This document shows, one piece after another, positions 27,785 to 35,315 of a DNA stretch of 52,556 nt (position 1 is the first letter of the stretch; every line of letters begins with the position of its first letter). This DNA is from a virus (Duplodnaviria; Caudoviricetes). The notes under the pieces were generated by a model. It did not search any database, was not told the DNA's origin, and was given only the letters and a program-made list of their open reading frames with translations. The translations under genes were made by a program, and so were the position numbers. The stretch is taken from positions 1 to 52,556 of IMG/VR virus record IMGVR_UViG_3300036829_000111; one strand, 5' to 3'.

Positions 27785-28534
27785 CTAGGCCGCGGACTCG
27801 ACCGGACATCCGCAGGCGCAATCGCTCTCCCAGCGCCAGCAGTCCCGGCACACCGCCTCGACGTTGGCCATGAACGTGTCCAGGTACGGCGCGTCGCCGA
27901 GGATCTTGGTCATGTAGGCGACGAGGTCGCGGACCGGCTTTTCGGGGTTGGCGTAGGTGTAGTACAAGCCGAGCACCTCGCCGTCACTCAGCCCGTCGGC
28001 GTCGTCCTGGCTGCAGGAGTCGGCGACAGCCTGACGGACTTCCGCGATGACTTGATCGACTGTCCGTGTCGCGCTCGCGCCGGAGGCGTGAGCCCGCCGG
28101 GAGGCCCGTCCTTGGACCATCTTTTGCGTATTAGGGGTGTGCGTCTTTAGCTCTTTATCTGACGGGCTGCCGTCTGACGACTCCCCGAAGTACGGGTTGC
28201 CGTCACTCGGCGCCTCGGTCTCATCATTGGCGAGCGGGGCGTCACTGATGACCTGTTCCCAGTTCCAGTGGCCGCGGGCATCCTGCTTGCGGGTTCGTCG
28301 CATGTAACCGCACTCCATCAGTTCGTGCAGTGCGGTCCGGATAGCCTCGCGTCCCTCCGGAACCTGAGTCTCAAGCCACTGCGCGGTGAACTGCTTGTCC
28401 GGTGGCAGGGACAGGACGAACACCAGGACGCCGCGCGCCCGGAGGCTGAGACGCCGGTCCTGTGCGGCGGCGTTGGCGATCTGGACGAACTTGCCTTCGG
28501 CGGCGCGAACGCTTCGGATAGCAGTCACGGGCAC
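27785..28534 (-). CDS. Second replication-initiator-like wHTH protein
   Basis: FVQIANAAAQDRRLSLRARGVLVFVLSLPPD...EGREAIRTALHELMECGYMRR, a typical phage/plasmid Rep N-terminus. Confidence 0.8.
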   Translation of the reverse strand: MPVTAIRSVRAAEGKFVQIANAAAQDRRLSLRARGVLVFVLSLPPDKQFTAQWLETQVPEGREAIRTALHELMECGYMRRTRKQDARGHWNWEQVISDAPLANDETEAPSDGNPYFGESSDGSPSDKELKTHTPNTQKMVQGRASRRAHASGASATRTVDQVIAEVRQAVADSCSQDDADGLSDGEVLGLYYTYANPEKPVRDLVAYMTKILGDAPYLDTFMANVEAVCRDCWRWESDCACGCPVESAA

Positions 28535-28664
28535 TCCGTTTCATTCGGATGAGATGCCCGTGGGAGGGATTCTCCGCGTGGCTCCCTTGCAGGAACCGGA
28601 TTGCGGGTTACCATTAACGCACTGGGAAGCGCGTTGGTCCCTCGGGCCTTCGATCTTGCGAATC

Positions 28665-28695
28665 GCCCGGCGCTGTGGGAGGCGCCGGGCTTTTC
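28665..28695 (+). terminator. Intrinsic terminator on the strand opposite the rep leader
   Basis: GCCCGGCGC-TGTGGGAG-GCGCCGGGC-TTTT. Confidence 0.7.
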
Positions 28696-28751
28696 GTTTG
28701 TCAAGACCGAATCTACCGGGAGATGACCCGAATGCCCGTTCGGCGCGCCGA

Positions 28752-28973
28752 CTACCGCGGCAGGTCGAACTCGCCGTTCTTGGCGCCCCCCAGGAAGGCG
28801 GCCCACTCGTCCGGCGTGAAGGCGAGCACGGGCCCGCGGCCCTTGTCCTTGGAGTCCCGCACGCCGATAGCGTCACCGGTTATCGCGACCTCGACGCAGG
28901 TCTTGTCCGAGCAGCTGCCCGCCGTACGGAACGGGACGCCTTCCAGCGCTGCTTCCAGTGCCTCGCGGTTCAT
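28752..28973 (-). CDS. DUF397 (BldB/Scr2-like) protein
   Basis: CVEVA...GVRDSKD...PVLAFTPDEWAAFLGGAKNGEFD. Confidence 0.95.
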   Translation of the reverse strand: MNREALEAALEGVPFRTAGSCSDKTCVEVAITGDAIGVRDSKDKGRGPVLAFTPDEWAAFLGGAKNGEFDLPR

Positions 28974-29515
28974 ACCGCCTCCTTCATTCCCAGTGATGTG
29001 AGATAGTCCGCCAGCGGGACGGAATGCCGCATGGCGAGGTCGCGTATGCGCCGGTAGTGCCTGATCGTGTGCGAGTCCGAGGCAAGCTCCGCGCCTGTGA
29101 AGTCCCCGTCCTCGTCGTAGTCCATGAGCACCACTGCGCGATCATCGAACAGCCAGTAGTCGCGGCTCGGCAGCGACACGGCCGGATGGCGGTAGGGCGG
29201 CAGGATCCGCACGTCCTCCCCGGCATCCACGTTCGCCGGGTAGGCACAGGTGAGCTCGAATTGCAGGTAGTCACTCAGGGGTTCGTCGACGACATGGACC
29301 CGCGCCATCTGCTTCCCGTCGCTCAGCGAGGAGCGGACGAACTCCTGCCACGGTCCCCGCCAGGCCGGGTCCTGCGGCTCGCCGGCGAGGAACCGCCGGA
29401 ACGGCTCGGCCTCGTTCGCGGCGACGTACTGGTCCAGCAGCTCAAGCCGGAACGCCGACCGCTGGAACAGCGAGTCGAAGACCGCTCCGAACTCTTCTGG
29501 TGTTAGGTGCGCCAT
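28970..29515 (-). CDS. DUF6879-like protein
   Basis: FQRSAFRLELLDQY...RVHVVDEPLSDYLQFE...NVDAGEDVRIL...DYWLFDD. Confidence 0.85.
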   Translation of the reverse strand: MAHLTPEEFGAVFDSLFQRSAFRLELLDQYVAANEAEPFRRFLAGEPQDPAWRGPWQEFVRSSLSDGKQMARVHVVDEPLSDYLQFELTCAYPANVDAGEDVRILPPYRHPAVSLPSRDYWLFDDRAVVLMDYDEDGDFTGAELASDSHTIRHYRRIRDLAMRHSVPLADYLTSLGMKEAV

Positions 29516-29590
29516 GGTTTGTGCTCTCAGTTCGCTCAGTTCGGCTTTTCAACGCTAACGCGCGGAGAGCGCCCAGGGAAGACATCGGTA

Positions 29591-29638
29591 AGACTAGTCG
29601 CACATCCTCGCTATCTGTCTGCGACTACGGCGACTAGC
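29591..29638. promoter_or_regulatory. GCGACTAG-type operator cluster 1
   Basis: AGACTAGTCGC, GCGACTAC and GCGACTAGC in the divergent intergenic region. Confidence 0.6.
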
Positions 29639-29673
29639 ATCTACGGGGTAACCAGGATCTATCCACGTGCGAG

Positions 29674-30534
29674 GTGTTCCCGCTGATGATGCCGAGACAG
29701 CATCCGAGTGCCGACCGCCGCCGTCTCGCCGCGGCGCTTAAGGAACTGCGGGAAGACACTGGCATGTCTGCTGAGAGGTTCGGGGAGCCGCACGGCTGGT
29801 CTCAGGGCAAGGTCTCCAAGATCGAGAACGGCCGGACGGTCCCTTCCCGCGATGACGTCGAGACGTGGGCATCGACCGCAGGCCATCCTGAGCAAGGCCC
29901 GGCTCTCATCGCACTGCGCGACGCGGTAGCCACCCAGACGCGAGGCTATGCGGGACGCCGGGGAGCCACGCTCGCGGCCCGAGCAGAGGAGGCCGGCGTT
30001 GCAGAGTCGCTGGCGACGGTGACCCGGGTCTTCCAGCCGGCAATGGTCCCCGGCCTGCTCCAGACCGCGGAATACGCCCGGAACGTTCTCGAGATGATCG
30101 GCCGCCCCGAGGAAGAGATTGCACCCGCCGTCAACGCCCGCATGCAGCGCCAGGACGCCCTGTACCGGCCCGGCCGCCACTGGGAGTTCATGCTCACCGA
30201 GGGCGCGCTGCGCTGGCGGCCGGGCTCACGGCAGATGATGAGCGCCCAGTACGACCGGCTTCTGAGGGTGGCCGGCGTCGAAAGCGTCGAGCTCCGGGTC
30301 CTGCCGTTCGCACTCCAGGCGCCCACGTTCTACGACAACCCCTTCACCATCTATGAGATCCCCGACGACCCAGCAGTCCTCGTCGAGGGCACGCCCCTAG
30401 AGCAGTTCTGCCGCGACGAAAGCGACATCGAGGAATGCCGGACCTCGTTCGCGCGAGGCTGGGATGCCGCCCTCGCCGACGATGACGCCCTGCGCATGAT
30501 CGCCAGCCTTCAGCGCGAGCTCGACGGGGACTGA
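29674..30534 (+). CDS. XRE HTH + DUF5753 (WhiJ/Scr1-like) regulator
   Basis: RRRLAAALKELRE...WSQGKVSKIENG; VPGLLQTAEYA; ARMQRQ; LTEGALR. Confidence 0.95.
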   Translation: MFPLMMPRQHPSADRRRLAAALKELREDTGMSAERFGEPHGWSQGKVSKIENGRTVPSRDDVETWASTAGHPEQGPALIALRDAVATQTRGYAGRRGATLAARAEEAGVAESLATVTRVFQPAMVPGLLQTAEYARNVLEMIGRPEEEIAPAVNARMQRQDALYRPGRHWEFMLTEGALRWRPGSRQMMSAQYDRLLRVAGVESVELRVLPFALQAPTFYDNPFTIYEIPDDPAVLVEGTPLEQFCRDESDIEECRTSFARGWDAALADDDALRMIASLQRELDGD

Positions 30535-30553
30535 CGCCACTCCCTCGCTGGCC

Positions 30554-30588
30554 AGCCGCCTCCCGGATCGCCGGGCGGCGGCTTTTTT
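30554..30588 (+). terminator. Intrinsic terminator
   Basis: AGCCGCC...GGCGGCT hairpin followed by T7. Confidence 0.8.
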
Positions 30589-30599
30589 AATGCCCGGAG

Positions 30600-30646
30600 T
30601 TAGTCGCATGTCAGTCTTGACTAGAAGACTAGGCGCGACTAGTCTC
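30600..30646. promoter_or_regulatory. GCGACTAG-type operator cluster 2 with promoter of rightward operon
   Basis: TTAGTCGC, TTGACTAG, AGACTAGG, GCGACTAGTCT; includes TTGACT as a -35-like box. Confidence 0.65.
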
Positions 30647-30694
30647 CAGATTATGCAGAACGCTGGGAGCGCCCAGAGCACCAGGGGAGTACAG

Positions 30695-30949
30695 GTGCCG
30701 ACGGGGCGTGAGCGAAGGTTCATGCGCGTTCGAGAAGTCGCGCGCGCTCTTGACGTGAGCGAGATGACCATCCGGCGCGCTTACGCGGCAGGAGTCATCC
30801 CCGGCATCACGTTCGGGACCTCCTGCCGCATCCTGCGCGCATTCGTCGTGAGCCTGATCGCGGCTGTCGAAGCAGGCCAGCAGATCGAGGTCGAAGAGTT
30901 CGGCCGCCAGTGGACGGCCCAGAACGCGACGCCTGAGGCGGTGGCGTAG
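30695..30949 (+). CDS. Excisionase-like (HTH_17/MerR-type) DNA-binding protein
   Basis: FMRVREVARALDVSEMTIRRAYAAGVIPGITFGTSCRI. Confidence 0.88.
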   Translation: MPTGRERRFMRVREVARALDVSEMTIRRAYAAGVIPGITFGTSCRILRAFVVSLIAAVEAGQQIEVEEFGRQWTAQNATPEAVA

Positions 30950-31157
30950 ATGGCCGCCGCCTTTTCTGCAACCCCCCCTGGAGACGCTTCATGCGCGCTG
31001 ACCAGCCAGACCCGGAGGACTGCGTCCTCTGCAACGTCCGGGGTGCCGGCTGCCCGTTCCACGGGTCCGGCCGCTGACCCGGAAAACGATCGAGGGTCCT
31101 GCGACGCAACCGCAGGACCCTCGCTGCTCTCAACCCCGCTAGGAATGGAGAACGTTC

Positions 31158-31322
31158 ATGCGCAAGCTATCACGCCTGCCACTCCTGCGCCCCCTGACTC
31201 GCCGGCGCGTCGTCCGGACGCTGACCGCCGAGTCGATCGAGGCGATCCGCACGGAAAGCTTCATGGATGGCTACCGGACCCGCGACGCCGAGCTGGCGGC
31301 CAGCGCCGGAGTGTCGTCGTGA
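31158..31322 (+). CDS. Small hypothetical protein
   Basis: Manual ORF MRKLSRLPLL... with GGAG RBS; GTGA overlap with next gene. Confidence 0.5.
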   Translation: MRKLSRLPLLRPLTRRRVVRTLTAESIEAIRTESFMDGYRTRDAELAASAGVSS

Positions 31323-31732
31323 CACCCGCCGACTTCCGCCTCGCCGACTTCCTCGGCTGCCTCGCCGCGTCGATCCACGAGACGCGGATGGGACGCCCGG
31401 CCCGCGCCGAGGCCCAGTGGCTTGAGGCGCAGCTCCCCGCGTCGGACCTGTTCCGCCCCGGCACCGACGCATCGGACGCGGCAGGCGTGCTGATCGCCGC
31501 CGTCCGCGCCGACGGCAACGGCGACCCGGCCGCCGCGAACAAGCTGCACAACGCGCTGGACGTCGCAGGAGAGGCCGCCGCCATGGCGGCGAGGAACCGT
31601 ACAGCGTTCCTGCGGGACGCGCTCGGCGACGCATACGAGGCCGTCGTGTCGCTGCCGGAGGACTGGCGCGACGCGATCTGCACCCTGCTCGCCCCCGTCG
31701 CCGTCGCCGCCGTGGGGGTGCTGCCGGCATGA
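31319..31732 (+). CDS. Hypothetical helical protein
   Basis: GTG start (VTPADFRLADFL...). Confidence 0.65.
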   Translation: MTPADFRLADFLGCLAASIHETRMGRPARAEAQWLEAQLPASDLFRPGTDASDAAGVLIAAVRADGNGDPAAANKLHNALDVAGEAAAMAARNRTAFLRDALGDAYEAVVSLPEDWRDAICTLLAPVAVAAVGVLPA

Positions 31733-31914
31733 TCACCCTCATCGCCACCAAGCAGGACATGTCCCGCTGGACCCGCGCCCACGAGAACACGCCCGGCATC
31801 AACTGGTCCGTCCAGGCCGGGGACGGCGGAACGCTGATCATCGTCGAGCACGAGGACCGCTCCTTCCCGACCGGGACCAGCGTCCCGGCCGCGCCTACGG
31901 CGGTGGCGGCGTGA
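31729..31914 (+). CDS. Small hypothetical protein
   Basis: 4-bp overlaps at both ends. Confidence 0.6.
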   Translation: MITLIATKQDMSRWTRAHENTPGINWSVQAGDGGTLIIVEHEDRSFPTGTSVPAAPTAVAA

Positions 31915-32363
31915 AGAACCGCACCGCCTCCCAGTTCAGCCTCGGCGCCCTCGGCCCGCTGCTGGACATGGAGACGCCGAAGAACTGGCAGGACCTCGCC
32001 GCGTGCCAGTACACCGATCCCGAGGTCTTCTTCCCGGTGAAGGGCGGCACCTCGGCACCGGCCAAGCGCATCTGCGCTGCCTGCGCGGTCCGCATGGAGT
32101 GCCTGGAATTCGCCCTGGACAACGATGAGCGCTTCGGGGTCTTTGGCGGCACGTCCGAGGCGCAGCGCCGCCGCATCCTCCGCGACCGGGCCCGCTCGGC
32201 GCAACCCGGACCCCAGCGCATGTGCCGCAGGAACCTGCACGTCATGGACGCGGCGAACACGAACGAAAGCGGGAAGTGCCGCGCATGCGGCGGCCAGTCC
32301 GCAGCCCAGGTCCCGGACAACGGCACCCCGTGCGACCGCACGGAAGCGGCGCAAGTCGCGTAA
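31911..32363 (+). CDS. whiB: WhiB-family transcription factor with C-terminal Cys/His extension
   Basis: WQDLAACQYTDPEVFFP...AKRICAACAVRMECLEFAL...FGVFGG. Confidence 0.93.
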   Translation: MKNRTASQFSLGALGPLLDMETPKNWQDLAACQYTDPEVFFPVKGGTSAPAKRICAACAVRMECLEFALDNDERFGVFGGTSEAQRRRILRDRARSAQPGPQRMCRRNLHVMDAANTNESGKCRACGGQSAAQVPDNGTPCDRTEAAQVA

Positions 32364-32377
32364 CGGAAGGAACCCTT

Positions 32378-32575
32378 GTGAAAACCTTTATCGGCGCCGC
32401 CTTCATAGTGGTCGACGTCATCGTGGTGAAGGCGCTGATGATCGCCAGCCACGCCCCGCACGCCGGCAACAAGGTGGCGGAAGGCGCCATTATCCTCTTC
32501 GTCGCCAACGTGGTGGCCTTCTGGCTGCTCGGCAAGCTGAAGAAGTCCGCAACTCCGTTCGGGGGGTCGCGGTGA
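32378..32575 (+). CDS. Small 2-TM membrane protein (Spd-like)
   Basis: GAAGGA RBS; two hydrophobic segments. Confidence 0.7.
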   Translation: MKTFIGAAFIVVDVIVVKALMIASHAPHAGNKVAEGAIILFVANVVAFWLLGKLKKSATPFGGSR

Positions 32576-32793
32576 AGGCGACCGCCCCGCCGGAGCGCGC
32601 GAACTGGTCGCCCGTGGCCGCCGCGTTCGCGTCGATGCTGGCCTTCATCCTGCTGGTCTCCCTGGCGATCGGCTTCGGCGTCGCCCGGAACTGGACTGGC
32701 GTCGCCGCCGTGATCGGCGCGTTCGTGCTGCTGGTCAGTGTCGGCCTGGTCGTCGAGCGCATCTGCCAGCGCCGCGTAAGGGGGCAGAGGTGA
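32572..32793 (+). CDS. Small 2-TM membrane protein (Spd-like)
   Basis: Two hydrophobic segments; GTGA overlaps. Confidence 0.7.
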   Translation: MKATAPPERANWSPVAAAFASMLAFILLVSLAIGFGVARNWTGVAAVIGAFVLLVSVGLVVERICQRRVRGQR

Positions 32794-32921
32794 CACCGGA
32801 ACTCGTGCTCGCCGCCGCGCACACCGCGGCGAAGCACCAGACGAACACCCCCGGGTGGATCCTCCTCATCGTTCTCATCGCCATCGGCGTGTGGGCGCTT
32901 GGCCGCTGGCTGAGGAGCTGA
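32790..32921 (+). CDS. Small 1-TM protein
   Basis: Manual ORF ...PGWILLIVLIAIGVWALGRWLRS. Confidence 0.55.
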   Translation: MTPELVLAAAHTAAKHQTNTPGWILLIVLIAIGVWALGRWLRS

Positions 32922-32927
32922 CCGCTG

Positions 32928-33521
32928 ATGCGCAGGTACCGCTATCGCCACCCCTACCGCCTGCACCGCGGCGGTGTTAACCCGCGCACGATTGCGGTCG
33001 CGGCGGGTGCTGTAGCGGTACTGGCCTGGATGCAAGCGCACCCGGGCACCGGGCACGCGGGCGAGTCGGCGGCCGGGATCGGCGGCAGGCACGCCACAAA
33101 GCCGCATCCGGCCTCCCCGTCGCGGGCAGCCCGGATCGCGGTCGCCTACGCCGAATCCAAGGTCGGCCGCGTCCCGTACGTGTGGGGCGGTGTCACCAAC
33201 GGGGGGATGGACTGCTCAGGCCTGACGTGGAACGCGTGGGGCGACGCCGGGGTGCACATCGCCCGCACCTCCCAGGACCAGTGGGCGACCGAGCACCGGG
33301 TCTCCAGCCCCGCAGCCGGGGACCTGGTGTTCTTCCCCGGCGTCGACGGAACTCCCTCGGCACCGGGGCACGTGGGGATCGTCACCGACCCGGCGAGGCA
33401 CCGGATGGTCGATGCCTACGGGGCTGGCACGCTCGTCCGTTACGACACGTACGGCTCGGACGCTTCGGCACCGGGGCTGTCCGCGGTCGTCGGCTTCACC
33501 GACCCGGCAGGAGGCGCGTGA
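32928..33521 (+). CDS. Exported NlpC/P60 peptidoglycan endopeptidase
   Basis: PYVWGG...DCSGLT...RTSQDQ...GDLVFF...GHVGIV; N-terminal hydrophobic segment. Confidence 0.95.
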   Translation: MRRYRYRHPYRLHRGGVNPRTIAVAAGAVAVLAWMQAHPGTGHAGESAAGIGGRHATKPHPASPSRAARIAVAYAESKVGRVPYVWGGVTNGGMDCSGLTWNAWGDAGVHIARTSQDQWATEHRVSSPAAGDLVFFPGVDGTPSAPGHVGIVTDPARHRMVDAYGAGTLVRYDTYGSDASAPGLSAVVGFTDPAGGA

Positions 33522-33808
33522 TGGGCACCCGTGCCGCGCTGGCCTGCGGGACCGTGCTGTCGTTCGCGGTCACCTGCGCATGGTCGTGGACGGCGGACGC
33601 GCTCGCGGGCCCGATTCCCGCGCCGCGCCTCGGCGCCGGCCTGCGTGCCGATTACGCACGGCTCGCCGACTCTGCCGCAGGCGGCCCGGGGATCGCGCTG
33701 TTCGCCGTCGTTGCCGCGATCTACGCGCTGTGCCTGTTCGTCTCCGGACTGCGGCGGATCCGCCGGGAGCAGGCCGCGAAGGAGCGAATGGCGGGTGATG
33801 AGCGGTGA
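33521..33808 (+). CDS. 2-TM membrane protein
   Basis: Two hydrophobic segments; coupled. Confidence 0.65.
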   Translation: MGTRAALACGTVLSFAVTCAWSWTADALAGPIPAPRLGAGLRADYARLADSAAGGPGIALFAVVAAIYALCLFVSGLRRIRREQAAKERMAGDER

Positions 33809-34332
33809 GGCGCTACACGACCCATTCCCGCTACGGGCGGCACGGCTCGAACAGGGACATGATCGTCGGTGTGGCGATCGGCCTCGTTGCGCTGGCCGGC
33901 GGCACGAAAACCGCGGTGACGGTGACTCATCACCACGCCTCTGCCCCTCACGTCGCCGCGGTCACCAGTGGCAGCGAGCGCGCGTTCATCCGCGCCACCC
34001 TCGCCGACCTCGGCGCCCCGGCCACGTCCGCGAACATCTACTCGCTCGCCGCGTGGTTCCCGCACGAGTACCCGAGCTGGCCGCCGTGGGCCGCCAACAA
34101 CCCCATGTCATCCACTTTGCGGATGCCCGGCTCGACCACCTACAACTCCATCGGCGTCCAGAACTATCCGACAGCCTCCGAGGGCGCGCATGCGACTGCG
34201 CTGACCCTCGCGAACGGCTACTACCCCCTGATCGTCGCCGCCCTGCGCTCCGGCCGGGGCCTGTGCGGCAACCCCAACCTCGCCGCCGAGTTCCTCGTGT
34301 GGTCCGGCGGCGGCTACAGAGGAGCGTGCTAA
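33805..34332 (+). CDS. Exported lysozyme-like cell-wall hydrolase
   Basis: TM segment, then LGAPAT...AW..HE...NNPMSSTL.MPGST.YNSIGVQNY...G..AT..TL.NG.Y..I..AL. Confidence 0.7.
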   Translation: MRRYTTHSRYGRHGSNRDMIVGVAIGLVALAGGTKTAVTVTHHHASAPHVAAVTSGSERAFIRATLADLGAPATSANIYSLAAWFPHEYPSWPPWAANNPMSSTLRMPGSTTYNSIGVQNYPTASEGAHATALTLANGYYPLIVAALRSGRGLCGNPNLAAEFLVWSGGGYRGAC

Positions 34333-34335
34333 CCC

Positions 34336-35241
34336 ATGTCAACCACTTCGCAGGACAGGATCCCAGAGCTGCGGGTGCGCCCCGGGGTCAGCAAGGCGGT
34401 CGTCTGGTCCGGGGTCGCGCTCGGCACGACCCTGGCGATCCTGGCCATGATGCACGGGGCGCGGCTGCACCTCGGCGGAATGCCCGCCCTCCCCGGCGCC
34501 GTCTTCGGCGTGCTTGTCGAGTGGGCGCTGTTCGTGGCCACGGCGATCCTGGCGGCCGAGATGACCCGCCGCCATCACAAGACGGCGGCCCGGTACGCGG
34601 CACAGCAGGGGAGCCGCGGCGCGTCCGCCGGAGGCCAGGCCCTCCGCAGGCACGCGCTCATGTTCCTCGACAAGTCAGCCGACTGGGCCGCCCCGCGGTG
34701 GCATGCCCGGACAGGCAGCACCCGCACGCCGGATGAGATCACGCAGCCGATTCCCTCGGCAGCACCCGCAAGCCCCTCCGCAGACAGCGCGGAGGTCAAT
34801 CCAACCGAAGGAGAAAACATGACGACACCGACACGCGGCCTTGTCAGCCGCATCAGCCCTGACCGGCGGGCGCAGCGCACCGCATCCCGCAGCGGCGCCG
34901 TCATCCCGGCGGAGTGGGGCCATGTGGTCACGCAGACCGCCGACTTCGACCCCGAAGACGACGGGCACCTGCTCGACTGGATGGGCGGGCAGGTCGCCGG
35001 CGTAGCCGCCTACGGGGAGGCGCTCGTCGAGGTGTACGAGGGCCTCACCCGCGACAAGGGGGCCGACCCCAAGGCCGCCGCCGCGATCCACGATGTCGCC
35101 GACGCCATCGCCCACGCCGCGGAGATGATGGCCGCCGCCAAGGCGAAGTTCTCCGAGCACTACGAACTGCCTCGCGAGTACGCCGCCAACGGCGGGCTCA
35201 TGACCCACGACGGCCGGTGGGTCACCGGCGAAGGCGACTAG
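34336..35241 (+). CDS. TraA-like transfer accessory protein (N-terminal TMs, C-terminal helical domain)
   Basis: Immediately upstream of traB; two TMs; internal RBS+ATG at 34819. Confidence 0.6.
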   Translation: MSTTSQDRIPELRVRPGVSKAVVWSGVALGTTLAILAMMHGARLHLGGMPALPGAVFGVLVEWALFVATAILAAEMTRRHHKTAARYAAQQGSRGASAGGQALRRHALMFLDKSADWAAPRWHARTGSTRTPDEITQPIPSAAPASPSADSAEVNPTEGENMTTPTRGLVSRISPDRRAQRTASRSGAVIPAEWGHVVTQTADFDPEDDGHLLDWMGGQVAGVAAYGEALVEVYEGLTRDKGADPKAAAAIHDVADAIAHAAEMMAAAKAKFSEHYELPREYAANGGLMTHDGRWVTGEGD

Positions 35242-35256
35242 CCCTCACCTACCGTT

Positions 35257-35286
35257 CCCGCCGCCGGGCACGCGCCCGGCGGCGGG
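35257..35286. other. Perfect 13-bp GC hairpin before traB
   Basis: CCCGCCGCCGGGC-ACGC-GCCCGGCGGCGGG, no U-tract. Confidence 0.7.
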
Positions 35287-35315
35287 GACCTGACCAGAAG
35301 CAGGAAGGAAGTTCA

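Noticed and set aside
30695-30949. Evidence of an integration module
   Set aside because: Excisionase-like HTH only; no tyrosine or large serine integrase and no att/tRNA site recognised in the window.
34819-35241. Type VII secretion system (WMG as WXG motif plus FtsK ATPase)
   Set aside because: Single ATPase domain with a C-terminal wHTH fits TraB. No EccB/EccD/mycosin is present and the WxG is not centrally placed. Kept only as an analogy.
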